Under the pieces are notes generated by a model, which was not told the DNA's origin, did not search any database, and saw only the letters and a program-made list of their open reading frames with translations. Shown piece after piece: positions 1 to 9,195 of a stretch of DNA of 64,000 nucleotides (its first letter is position 1; each line of letters begins with the position of its first letter). Both the position numbers and the translations under genes were made by a program. The stretch is taken from NCBI GenBank assembly GCA_965206595.1, contig OZ242214.1:4320001-4384000 (forward strand), written 5' to 3'. This stretch comes from Candidatus Latescibacterota bacterium (GTDB lineage: Bacteria > Latescibacterota > UBA2968 > UBA8231).

Positions 1-506
1 ATGACTTGAATGAGGCTTTGGTCGAAGCAAAAGTTTCGTTGCTATACAAATTGTGGCAGGAAATTGCCACCGAGCTTGGCGAGAGGATTCAGGACCTCCC
101 AGACCTGGCAAAAGATGTTTCAGACATTTCGAAGGAGACGATAAGAAGGTTCCTTACCAGTCCAAAATGCATATGGCACGGACTATTTTTTAACCTTGAA
201 CAACGTGCATTTATTGGAATCGTAGCCGAAGACCACATTCGCTTCGGCCTCGTTTGTAGAGAAATGAGCAATAGTGAACGGAAAAAACTTGAGAAAGCAC
301 TAGAAGTCGAATCGAGTTCAGGAACCTGGACCCTTTGGCAATGCCCCAGGGGTTTCGAATATCTGAATCTGAGAAACCCGAGTCGGGAAGACCTCAAGAT
401 GCTGACAACTAAGAAAGCGAGGAAGGAATATGTCCAGGAGTTGGTGTCAGGCCTCCATAGGGTGTGGGAAAGGATCAAGGTAACCGTTCAGTCCCCCCTG
501 CAGTAG
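1..506 (+). pseudogene. C-terminal part of a lower-GC hypothetical protein (possibly PD-(D/E)XK nuclease-like cargo), truncated by IS66
   Basis: ORF 6..506 probably begins before the window; its last residues (VTVQSPLQ) are read from the IS66 left end starting at 480; family guess is weak. Confidence 0.4.
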
Positions 507-2100
507 TTTGAGCATATAAAGAAATACCTAAGCGGGTTTTCGGGTTCGTCGGTATCTTCGGGATCGGTTGTGTGTTGCAGATTTCCCTGGATACGGCGAC
601 CCCATGAAGAGACCTCCTGAGAGTACGATTTCCGAAGGCGACCTGCGCCAGCGCATTGTCCAGCTTGAGCAGATCGTGGAACAACAGACGGCGCGCATCG
701 GGGAGCTGGAGCGGGAATTGGCCCGCCGCAAGGGGCGCTCCCGCCGCGGTGCCCGGGCCGCCTCGTCGCAATCGGGCGCTTCCTCCTCGCCGCGCACCGA
801 CACCTCCCGACGCCGATCCTCGGGGCGCTCGCCGGGCGGACAGCCCGGGCACGAAGGACCCGGCCGCTCGTGGGTATCGGTGGAGCAGGTGGACGAACGG
901 ATCCCGGTCAAGCCGAGTACGTGCCACGGATGCGGGCACCCGTTGACGGGAGACGATCCTCATCCGCAGCGTCACCAGGAAGTCGTCCTCCCGCCGCTGC
1001 GGGCCGAGGTCATCGAGTATCAGTTGCACACCCTGCGCTGCGGTCACTGCGACCGCCTGACCGCAGCCGGTTTGGCCCGAGGGCGTGTCGCGCCACACCT
1101 TCGGTCCCAGCGTGCAAGCCTGGGTCGGCCTGCTGGCCGGGGCCTACCGGCTGAGCAAGCGCAACATCCGGGCGTTGTTGTCCGACGCCTTCGGCCTCGA
1201 GGTGTCGCTGGGTACGGTCAGCCGACTGGAACGGGAGGTGGCCGCGGCCCTGGCGGCTCCGGTCGAGGAGGCGCGCGCCTTCGTTCGCCGACAGGGCCTC
1301 GTCAACGTCGACGAGACCGGCTGGCGCCAGCGCCGCGCCAAGGCCTGGTTGTGGACCGCGGTGACGGCCGGCGTCACCGTGTTCGCCATTCGCCCAAGCC
1401 GGGGACGGGACGGGGTCGATGAGGTGCTGGGTGCGGACAACCGGGCGGTGGTCGGCTCCGATCGCTATTCGGCCTACGCGCATCTGCCGCTACGACGCCG
1501 GCACGTGTGCTGGGCTCATCTGCGGCGCGCCTTCGAGGAGTTCGTGGCCCGGGGCGGAGAGGCCGGGCGCGTCGGTCAACACCTGTTGGACCGCAGCGAG
1601 CAGCTGTTTACCTGGTGGCATCAAGTCCGCGACGGCACCCTGTCCCGCGCCCGCTTCCAGGACTATATCGACGATTTGTGTCTGCGCTTTCGTTTTCATT
1701 TGTGCTATGGTCAGCAGTTCGCCGACGCCAAGACGGCGGCCACCTGCGCCAATCTCCTCGACCTCGGGCCGGCCCTGTGGACCTGCGCACGCCGGCCCGG
1801 CGTCGAGCCGACCAACAACGAAGCCGAACGAGCCCTTCGCCATGGCGTGTTGTGGCGTCACACCAGCTTCGGTACCCACAGTGCCGAAGGCAGCCGTTTC
1901 GTAGAGCGCCTGCTCACGGTACGCGATACCCTGCGCCAGCAGCAGCGCAACGTCCTCGACTATCTCAGGATGGCCTGTGACGCGGCCGTGTCTCAGCAGC
2001 CGGCGCCCTCGCTGCTGCCTTCAACCCACTCCGCCATTCGCTAATATTCTGCTACCATTCCGCCCCCGGCCCCAACCTGCCAGGGGAACTGAACGGTTAC
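480..2100 (+). mobile_element. IS66-family insertion sequence (single-ORF, ISBst12-like), ~1.62 kb
   Basis: Terminal inverted repeats GTAACCGTTCAGTCCCCCCTG (480-500) and CAGGGGAACTGAACGGTTAC (2081-2100); encloses an IS66 transposase; no flanking target-site duplication. Confidence 0.9.
604..2044 (+). pseudogene. IS66 transposase, frameshifted near 1070
   Basis: N-terminal coiled coil, PGGQPGHEG and Zn-finger (CHGCG...CGHC) in one frame; DETGW, CWAHLRR and PTNNEAERALR in the next frame; one extra T in GGTTTGG joins them. Confidence 0.85.
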
Positions 2101-2464
2101 GCCTACTAAGCGGAGGCGGCGGCTGTGGCTGTAATACTTTGGCCCGGCCTCGGCGATCCCGCTCCGGAGGAGAACGTTGGCACTATCTCCCTCGCCTCCC
2201 TCGCGAGCGCCTTGCGCCTTGGGACGGGCAGCGCCCCGACTGGAGCAGTGGGGACAGAGCTTAACCGGCTGCGTGCTGTCGCCGTCGCCCTGATCGATGA
2301 CTTGCCCCTGCTCGATGACACCCCCGTATCGCTAAAGAACCAAGCTGTTGTCCAAGTTTGCGGGTACTGGTACGACGGACCCCTCAATGAGCGGGGGGAC
2401 CCCTCCGCACTGCGTATGGCTGGCGTACTGTCACTGCTACGGGACTACGTGAAGCGGGGAGCCT

Positions 2465-3384
2465 CTAGTGTTGTGTCGCAGAGATTCGTTCGCAAAGTCT
2501 CTTGATTTTCGCGAGGATGGAATCGGCCGTAGCCGTCCACACGAAAGGGTGTGCGTTGGCGTTCCATTTGCCGTGTAGCGTTCGATCCGCTCGATGAGCT
2601 CCGACACCTTGCGGAACGAATCGCGCCGAACCGCCTGGCGGGTAAGGATATTGAACCAGATCTCCACCTGATTGAGCCACGAAGCATAGGTGGGGGGTGT
2701 AGTGAACGTGAAATCGGGGACGCCGTGCCAGCCATCGCTTGACCTTGGCCTGCTTATGCGTGGCGTAGTTGTCGACGACGAGATGAATATCGAGGTCAGC
2801 GGGGACGTGGGCCTCGATGTGGCGCAGGAACTGAAGGAACTCCTGGTGACGATGACGGGGCTTGCACTGGGTCATCACTTCCCCGGTGGCTACGTCCAGT
2901 GCGGCGAACAGGGTGGTGGTGCCATGGCGCTTGTAGTCGTGCGGTACCCCTTCCACGTATCCCAGTCCCAGGGGCAGCATGGGCTGACTTCGTTCCAACG
3001 CCTGGATCCGGCTCTTCTCGTCGACGCACAGCACCAGGGCGTGCTCGGGGGGATTCAGGTATAAGCCGACGATATCCCGTACTTTGTCGACAAAGAAAGG
3101 ATCGGTGGAAAGCTTGAAGTGCTTGTGTCGATGGGGCTGCAAACCATATGCAAGCCCTGGAGCCCGTTTTCGAGAAAGCGCCGGCGCCACTTGCCGACCG
3201 TAGCACGCGTCACACCCACGGCGGCGGCGACGGCTTCATTGGGCCCGCCTTCTGCGGCCAGCAGACTAATCTCGGCTCGCCGCACCAACCCGTGGGAAAG
3301 GCTCCGGGATTTGGCCATCGATTCCAATCGTTCCCGGTCCGACGGACTCAGCTCTAACGGCGGTAATGGACGCCCCGTCACCAT
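2465..3384 (-). pseudogene. IS630 transposase with internal deletion and frameshifts
   Basis: HTH segment (3384-~3150) jumps out of frame directly to [16 protein letters not shown]; further shifts near 2693 (G run in [13 protein letters not shown]) and near 2570. Confidence 0.85.
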
Positions 3385-3468
3385 AGGTCTCTCCTTTCAG
3401 AAAGGGGATAAGAGAAACCTACGGCACCTTCAATTGTTTGTACAGTTAATTATACGACAGGACACTAG
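2465..3468 (-). mobile_element. IS630-family element, degenerate (~1.0 kb)
   Basis: Ends CTAGTGTTGTGTCG and CGACAGGACACTAG with CTAG/TA at both junctions; transposase motifs [35 protein letters not shown]. Confidence 0.9.
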
Positions 3469-3470
3469 CC

Positions 3471-3803
3471 TTGCCTGACTTGGCCGGTATCCGACGGGCG
3501 CACCGTCGCGGGAGCTTGGACCGTGTTGTCAGGGTAGACGGGCGGGAGCTTTGGGCTAAGCGGGAAGAGTACGAGTCTGAACAACAGGACATTTTTCTAG
3601 GCGATTCCGCTGTATCGTACGAACAGGATACGCGGACATACGTCTATACGGTGCACTTCGACCCCGCGATACTCCCGGGGCAAGAGATAACGGACGGCGA
3701 CCTAACCGTTACAATTCTGTCTGTTGAAACCATTGGACGGCGCGCCTATATGCGGCTGAATTGTTCCCGGGAAACCCCGGGGGAAACGGGGATTCTGACC
3801 TGA
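3471..3803 (+). CDS. Putative phage head-closure (head-tail adaptor) protein
   Basis: 110 aa; LDRVVRV...LWAKR...ITDGDLTVTILSVETIGRRAYMRLNC pattern; lies between connector and portal genes. Confidence 0.5.
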   Translation: MPDLAGIRRAHRRGSLDRVVRVDGRELWAKREEYESEQQDIFLGDSAVSYEQDTRTYVYTVHFDPAILPGQEITDGDLTVTILSVETIGRRAYMRLNCSRETPGETGILT

Positions 3804-4859
3804 TGCAATGGCCTTGGTCTAGACCGGAGAGGCGGGCAACCTCCGATTCCTACGCGGAACAAGTAGCCGCGGCCTTACTCGATGCGGCGAGCGGTTCGAG
3901 CGACCTAGGGCAAGGGGTGGCAACCCTTGAGGTTGCAGCGGGGTTGTGGTCGCGAGGGTTCGCTAGCGCCCGCGTACAACCCAACCCCTACGGGCTGCTA
4001 ACGGCTCCCGTACTTGCTTGGCTTGCCCGGGAGCTATGTCTATCGGGCGAAGCTGTCGGGCTGCTGGAGGTAACGGACGGGCGCCTAATGCTTATTCCCG
4101 CCATATGCGACGAAATAACCGGGGGACCTTCCCCCGATACGTGGCGGTACAAGCTCGATTTAGTGGGACCCTCGACAACCCGCACCGTTACCCGAGAGGC
4201 TGGCGCCGTGGTACATATCCGATACGGCGCTACATCGGGCGCCCCGTGGGCTGGGGTGGCGCCGTGGCAAGCTGCGGAGGTATCCGCCAGCCTACTCGCG
4301 AACCTGGAGGGTAGATTGCGCCAAGAGAGCCGGGGCAGGGTGGGCTATATCCTGCCGGTTCCCGTTGATCCGAAAGACGACGACGACGACGCGGACCCGC
4401 TTGCCGGAATCAAGGGTACCCTCAAGGCACTCAAAGGCGAACTCGCCTTAGTCGAGACCTTGGCCGGGGGATATGGCGACAAGGCCAGCGCACCGGCTGA
4501 AGATTGGAAACCCCGGCGACTAGGGGCAAACCCCCCCCGTTTCGCTGGAACCCTTGCTTGACGCGGTATCCTATCGGCTGCTAGCCGCTTGCGGAATACC
4601 GCCGGCTCTTGTGCGCCCCGGGGCAGACGGGACCGCCAGCCGCGAAGGTTGGCGCCAGCTACTGCACTCCACCCTTGCCCCGGTTGCGCGGCTCGCGGAG
4701 GCGGAACTTTCCGCCAAGTTGGAAAGGCCAATAGTCCTATATTTTGAGGCGCTATTTGCATCAGACATAAGCGGGCGCGCGCGCAGCTTTGCCAGCCTCG
4801 TAAATGCTGGCCTCGATCCCGACAAGGCGGCGCGGCTGGCCGGGTTGTTGGATGACTGA
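3803..4859 (+). pseudogene. Phage portal protein, frameshifted at a C8 run (4531-4538)
   Basis: ARELCLSGEAVGLL, VVHIRY...PWAGVAP, then LLAACGIPPALV...TLAPVARLAEAELSAKL in the next frame; C7 instead of C8 would join the two ORFs. Confidence 0.75.
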
Positions 4860-5181
4860 GTTTTACCGATTCCCGCAAGACGGCGACGCCCCCGACGTTG
4901 CGCCCGTGAAGCGAGCCGCGGCGAAGGTTGGGCGCGCCTTTGGCCAGCGCGCGAAATACGAAAAGGCGGTTGCAGCATTGAGTAAGGTCCTGCACGGGCT
5001 GGAAACTCCCCGGCTGCGCTTTTGGGCTGACTGCCTAATGATCGACGGGCGATGGTGCGGGGCAACGGGACAAGGCGGATATTGGGCTGTGGCGAGCGAA
5101 AAAGTGAATGAGCTGGCCGGCGAAGAGCTGAAAACCCGCTCCCCGCGTGGAAAAGCTGGGGAGCTTTCCGCGCCCCGATAG
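4852..5181 (+). CDS. Hypothetical protein (integrated element)
   Basis: ATG overlaps the portal 3' end; 109 aa. Confidence 0.45.
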   Translation: MTEFYRFPQDGDAPDVAPVKRAAAKVGRAFGQRAKYEKAVAALSKVLHGLETPRLRFWADCLMIDGRWCGATGQGGYWAVASEKVNELAGEELKTRSPRGKAGELSAPR

Positions 5182-5228
5182 TCGGGACAGGTAATAGGGA
5201 TACCGAGAGGGAGCGGGGGAATAAATCA

Positions 5229-5642
5229 ATGTGGGTAGAGGCGCCAACCTCACCGATAGTCCCGGCATTAGGCGAAGAAACCCCTACAGCCGCGCAACTT
5301 GCAAGGCAAAGGCGAAACCGCAACAACAGGGAACACGCGGAGCGGCGTGTTGCCGCTATTCTGGCGGCTGGCGGGTATCGCGACGGCGACGGCGCCCGGG
5401 AAGTCGCCAAGCTCCGCACAATCCCCGCCAGCGAGCTTATTGAGCCGCTTTGCGGGTTTCTACGGGCTTGGGTTGGCGACCTTCCCTTTGACAGACAGCG
5501 CCCGAACCCCGAACCCGCACCGGAACCCGAACCCGCACCGCCAGCGGAACCCATTGGTGTATGTAGGTTAGAGGAAAAGCGCACCCGCACCCGTGAAACC
5601 TCGCAAACGGGGCAAGCGGCGACGGGGCAAGCGGCGCCCTGA
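5229..5642 (+). CDS. Hypothetical protein with Pro/Glu-rich linker (integrated element)
   Basis: 137 aa ORF with purine-rich RBS; PEPAPEPEPAP repeats. Confidence 0.4.
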   Translation: MWVEAPTSPIVPALGEETPTAAQLARQRRNRNNREHAERRVAAILAAGGYRDGDGAREVAKLRTIPASELIEPLCGFLRAWVGDLPFDRQRPNPEPAPEPEPAPPAEPIGVCRLEEKRTRTRETSQTGQAATGQAAP

Positions 5643-5832
5643 TCCCGCTCCCGCCGTGTTGCATCTGCTCCCAAGGGAGCCGGGCCTATGTCAAGCTGAA
5701 GTCGAGCTGATCGGCGGGAACCGGCATGAACGGGCTATCGTCTGGCGGCAGTGCCAAGGGCGCCCTATCAAGGGGAGCCGTTACTGCGCAGCCCACCAAA
5801 GCCGGCGGTATTCAGAGATACCGCCCCCCTGA
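5593..5832 (+). CDS. Small basic protein with a C-x20-C-x10-C-x2-H putative Zn motif
   Basis: CQA...QCQGRPIKGSRYCAAH resembles small phage Zn-binding domains; overlaps the previous ORF. Confidence 0.4.
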   Translation: MKPRKRGKRRRGKRRPDPAPAVLHLLPREPGLCQAEVELIGGNRHERAIVWRQCQGRPIKGSRYCAAHQSRRYSEIPPP

Positions 5833-5842
5833 GTTAGCTGTT

Positions 5843-6106
5843 TCATCCTTCGAGTTCGGAGGCTCGTCTCTCAAGCATTTCGATGCGTTCCGCAAGGGAG
5901 TTAATGAAGACCTCAAAGCTCTTATCTCCAGATTCAAGAAACTGCCTAAGGTGGCCTTCCAAAGATTCAACGCGGCTTTCAAGGTCGCTGGATTGCCCCC
6001 TATCTAACTCCATCAATGCCCTAGCTGCTTTAATCCGAACCTGCTGGCTCCCCTTGGTGAGGAGGTTTTCAAGAGCAGTTCGAATGGCTTCCTCGCTATT
6101 TGCCAT
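5843..6106 (-). CDS. Hypothetical coiled-coil protein next to the att site
   Basis: AAGGAGGAG RBS then ATG (MANSEEAIRT...); 87 aa; lower GC. Confidence 0.55.
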   Translation of the reverse strand: MANSEEAIRTALENLLTKGSQQVRIKAARALMELDRGQSSDLESRVESLEGHLRQFLESGDKSFEVFINSLAERIEMLERRASELEG

Positions 6107-6129
6107 CGTGCTTTTCTCCTCTTTCTCTA

Positions 6130-6195
6130 CTGACACAGTGCTGACACGGGCCGTGTTCAGTGCACATCGTGGTTGTCGTAAGTTGTTGTTTTTAT
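6130..6195. promoter_or_regulatory. Attachment-site arm: integrase arm-type repeats plus IHF-like site
   Basis: CTGACAC x2 at 11-bp spacing (6130-6136, 6141-6147); minus-strand AAACAACAACTTA is a near match to the IHF consensus WATCAANNNNTTR; immediately 3' of the tRNA. Confidence 0.55.
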
Positions 6196-6271
6196 TGGTG
6201 CGCCCACGAGGACTCGAACCTCGGACCCGCTGATTAAGAGTCAGCCGCTCTACCAACTGAGCTATAGGCGC
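6196..6271 (-). tRNA. tRNA-Lys (anticodon CTT)
   Basis: GCGCCTATAGCTCAGTTGGTAGAGCGGCTGACTCTTAATCAGCGGGTCCGAGGTTCGAGTCCTCGTGGGCGCACCA; 76 nt cloverleaf with encoded CCA. Confidence 0.97.
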
Positions 6272-6360
6272 ATGCCCCCAATGAGCGTCTGGGAGACTTG
6301 CGTTCGCACTTGCGTGTCGCACAATTCGGAAACTGTTGCGGACAGGCGCCGGAGGTCGGC

Positions 6361-6390
6361 GAAAATAGAGCCCCCGAAAATAGAGCCCCC
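6361..6390. repeat. 15-bp perfect tandem duplication GAAAATAGAGCCCCC
   Basis: Copies at 6361-6375 and 6376-6390. Confidence 0.9.
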
Positions 6391-6405
6391 CCTGTACACT
6401 GTCAA
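6377..6405 (-). promoter_or_regulatory. Sigma70-type promoter for tRNA-Lys
   Basis: TTGACA-17 nt-TATTTT on the minus strand. Confidence 0.6.
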
Positions 6406-6454
6406 CGAATCTAGGCCCCCTTCACAGGCCCGGAATTCCCCTGCGCGTTTCTCC

Positions 6455-6483
6455 TTGACAGCCCTCTGCACGCCGTCTAGTGT
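6455..6483 (+). promoter_or_regulatory. Sigma70-type promoter for the TPR-efp-accBC operon
   Basis: TTGACA-17 nt-TAGTGT. Confidence 0.6.
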
Positions 6484-6579
6484 CCTGTCCCGGCAACAGA
6501 TTGGCGCAATCCAGCCGGCCGGGATGCCTTTGGCAGAACCGGGTCGCGAGCCGCGAGCGAAGAAGACTCCGGGAGACGG

Positions 6580-8103
6580 GTGGAACCGGCCGGTAAAGCG
6601 CCGAATCACACTTGGAGGCAGGAGAATGGCGCGGCAGGCGTCCCGGATGGGTCGCCCGGCCATTCCGAAGAACGGTACACCTTGCTTTTCCGGATTTCAA
6701 AACTCGAAAAGGCCCTGCGCGAAAACCTGGGGATTCCGCTGTTCGCCCGGCTCGCCGACGAATATCTCCGGCGAGCGCGAGTCGCCCGGGCACTCGCGCT
6801 TTGCCAGGAGGGTTGCGAGCGCTTTCCCGACTACCCGACCGGATTTCTCCTGCTCGGCCGCTGCTACCATGCCCGGGGCAACTTCGAGGAGGCGCGCAAC
6901 GCCCTCGACCGGGCGCTGCGGCTCGACCCGGAGAACCCCGCCGGGTTCGCCGCCCTATCCGCTGAGCACGAACGACTCGGTGAGACAACCCTGGCGCTGC
7001 AATGCATGCGGCAGGCCGCTTTCCTCGACCCGTACAGCGGGGATCTCCAACGCGAGGCGGAGCGGCTGCGCAGGCGATCCGCTGCCGCGCCGCTGGTCCT
7101 TCCTCCTGCCCCGGAAGCGGTGGCGGGAGGAGAGGTGCCGGCGGAGCAAAGGGAAGAAGGGGGCAAGGTGGAAGGGGGAACCGCGGTGCCGGTGCCGTCG
7201 CCGGCAGCCGGGGGAGAAGCCCCTCCTGCCGGAGAAGCGGCTGCCAGCTTCCCCGACGAGCCGGGCATGGACCGGGAAACCTCCAATGGGGAGCCGCCCC
7301 GAGAGGAGAGTCCGTTCGATGGCGAGCCAGAGGCCTCCGACGGGTCCGCGGTTTCCGCCGCAGAGAGAGAATTTCTGCCTGTACCGGAATCCCCCGGAGA
7401 ATCGGTGTATCCCCGTGAGCCGGCCGGGTCCCGGCAGGAAGATCTCCGCTATGCAGGCGACCCGCACGATGCAGCCGAAGCTCCCCCTGTTCCAGGCGGG
7501 GGCGGAGACGGGAACCCGGCGCCGGATAATGACCTGTCGGCAGAGAAACGGTCCTCCGGAGGGGTTTCCTCTGCAGACTCCCCCCCGGATGTTTTCCCCT
7601 TCCAAAATGCCGAACCCGGCTTCCGCGACCGCGGCCAAACAGGGGTGTTTTTTCTGGTGTCGGAACGGGAGGACTTGGAAGCCGATGCCGGCGAACCGCC
7701 TCCCGAGGAGACGTTGGACCCCGCGTCGGAGCCCAAGGCCGAGTTGCTGACCGCACCATCGGCGAGGCGGGCCGTTGCCCGCGGCACCGAAGTCACTTCT
7801 TCCGGTATCGCCAAGCCGGAACGCCCCGTCGCAAGGCTGTCCGGCCGCGACGACCACGAGCTGATCGGGCTGCTTTCCGAGATCGAAACCGGCGAAGAGG
7901 TCGCCCCGGGGACTCCCGTCATCGAGGCCGGCGGGGAAGAGCCCACCGCGCCGGTAGCGACGGTTACCCTCGCCGAGTTGTACATTCAACAGGGAATCGC
8001 CAGCAAGGGGATCGATATCTACAGGGATCTCCTGCGGCTGCATCCCGACGACGACGGGATCAGGGGGAGACTCGACAGCCTGGAACAGGCCCTCGACTCC
8101 TGA
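6580..8103 (+). CDS. Tetratricopeptide repeat protein with long acidic/Pro-rich linker
   Basis: N-terminal TPRs (LFARLADEY...FPDYPTGFLLLGRCY) and C-terminal TPR-like ATVTLAELYIQQG; start codon uncertain. Confidence 0.8.
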   Translation: MEPAGKAPNHTWRQENGAAGVPDGSPGHSEERYTLLFRISKLEKALRENLGIPLFARLADEYLRRARVARALALCQEGCERFPDYPTGFLLLGRCYHARGNFEEARNALDRALRLDPENPAGFAALSAEHERLGETTLALQCMRQAAFLDPYSGDLQREAERLRRRSAAAPLVLPPAPEAVAGGEVPAEQREEGGKVEGGTAVPVPSPAAGGEAPPAGEAAASFPDEPGMDRETSNGEPPREESPFDGEPEASDGSAVSAAEREFLPVPESPGESVYPREPAGSRQEDLRYAGDPHDAAEAPPVPGGGGDGNPAPDNDLSAEKRSSGGVSSADSPPDVFPFQNAEPGFRDRGQTGVFFLVSEREDLEADAGEPPPEETLDPASEPKAELLTAPSARRAVARGTEVTSSGIAKPERPVARLSGRDDHELIGLLSEIETGEEVAPGTPVIEAGGEEPTAPVATVTLAELYIQQGIASKGIDIYRDLLRLHPDDDGIRGRLDSLEQALDS

Positions 8104-8134
8104 GCGGCCGCAGGCTCACTTACCAGAGGGGAGA

Positions 8135-8692
8135 ATGGCTGACACCTCAGACTTCCGCAACGGATTCACGATGACCCTGGAGGAGGCGATCTACAGCATC
8201 GTCGAGTTCCAGCACGTCAAGCCCGGAAAGGGAGGCGCCTTCGTGCGCACCAAGCTCAAGAATGTGCGCACCGGTGCTGTGATCGACCGCACCTTTCGCT
8301 CGGGAGACAAGGTAGCGGAAATCCGCATAGAGAAACGCGAGATGCAGTTCCTGTATTCCGAAAGCGACTATTATCATTTCATGGACTCGGAGACGTACGA
8401 GCAGACGCATCTGCCCCCCGAGACCGTCGGGGGCGCCGCCCGGTTTCTCGTCGAGAACGAGACCACCTACGTATCGGTTGCCGACGGGGTCCCTTTGGCC
8501 GTGGAGCTGCCGAATTTCGTCGAGCTCACGGTCGAACACACGGAACCGGGCATCAGGGGGGATACGGCGCAGGGATCGACCAAACCGGCGACCCTCGAAA
8601 CCGGTGCCGTCGTCTCCGTGCCCCTTTTCGTCGATCGAGGGGAGAAACTGAAAATCGACACGCGCACCGGCGAATACGTCGAACGCGTCTGA
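8135..8692 (+). CDS. efp: Elongation factor P
   Basis: HVKPGKGGAFVRTKLKN, GDTA, DTRTGEYVERV. Confidence 0.97.
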   Translation: MADTSDFRNGFTMTLEEAIYSIVEFQHVKPGKGGAFVRTKLKNVRTGAVIDRTFRSGDKVAEIRIEKREMQFLYSESDYYHFMDSETYEQTHLPPETVGGAARFLVENETTYVSVADGVPLAVELPNFVELTVEHTEPGIRGDTAQGSTKPATLETGAVVSVPLFVDRGEKLKIDTRTGEYVERV

Positions 8693-8702
8693 GGGCTCCC
8701 GC

Positions 8703-9194
8703 GTGAACGAAAAAAACCTGAGAAAGCTGATCGAGATCTTCGAAGAGAGCGAGGTCGAGGAGCTGGAGTACCGAGAGAGCTTCTGGCGCGGAATCCGCGT
8801 TCGTCTCGGAAAACGCCGCGGGTCCGCGGAAAGAACCATCGAGACCGTGCACCTGCAGGCGCCCCCGGCGCCGCAACCCGCCCCCGCGGCCGCTCCACAG
8901 GCTGCACCCGAACCGAAGGAGGAGGCGCCGCGGGAATCGGAAGCCGCCGAAGACTTCCACGTCATCCGCTCCCCCATGGTCGGCACCTTCTTCCGCTCCT
9001 CGTCACCCGAGGCAGACCCCTTCACCGAGACCGGCGAGAAGGTTGTCGTTGGGCAGACCCTCTGCATCATCGAGGCCATGAAGATCATGAACGAGATCGA
9101 GGCGGACGCCGGGGGTGAGGTTGTCGAAATCCTCGCGGCCAACGGCGACCCTGTCGAGTACAACCAGCCGTTGCTGACCCTGCGGACCGCGTAA
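8703..9194 (+). CDS. accB: Acetyl-CoA carboxylase biotin carboxyl carrier protein
   Basis: SPMVGTF and EAMK biotinylation motif. Confidence 0.95.
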   Translation: MNEKNLRKLIEIFEESEVEELEYRESFWRGIRVRLGKRRGSAERTIETVHLQAPPAPQPAPAAAPQAAPEPKEEAPRESEAAEDFHVIRSPMVGTFFRSSSPEADPFTETGEKVVVGQTLCIIEAMKIMNEIEADAGGEVVEILAANGDPVEYNQPLLTLRTA

Positions 9195-9195
9195 C

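Larger units (their letters stand above)
2125..3478 (+). pseudogene. Phage head-tail connector (gp6-like) protein interrupted at its 3' end by IS630
   Basis: GGAGG RBS then GTG; motif AVVQVCGYWYD...ALRMAGVLSLLRDY; removing IS630 at CTAG restores the ending KRGASSLA-stop (TGA 3476-3478). Confidence 0.55.

Noticed and set aside
1060-1090. Programmed frameshift in the IS66 transposase
   Set aside because: No slippery A-run heptamer; single-ORF IS66 group; a simple 1-nt insertion explains it
5607-5637. 15-bp tandem repeat ACGGGGCAAGCGGCG as replication iterons
   Set aside because: Only two copies, within coding sequence, with no rep gene or AT-rich origin nearby
5843-6322. 159-aa ORF spanning the tRNA
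   Set aside because: The N-terminal extension reads through tRNA-Lys; the RBS supports a start at 6106
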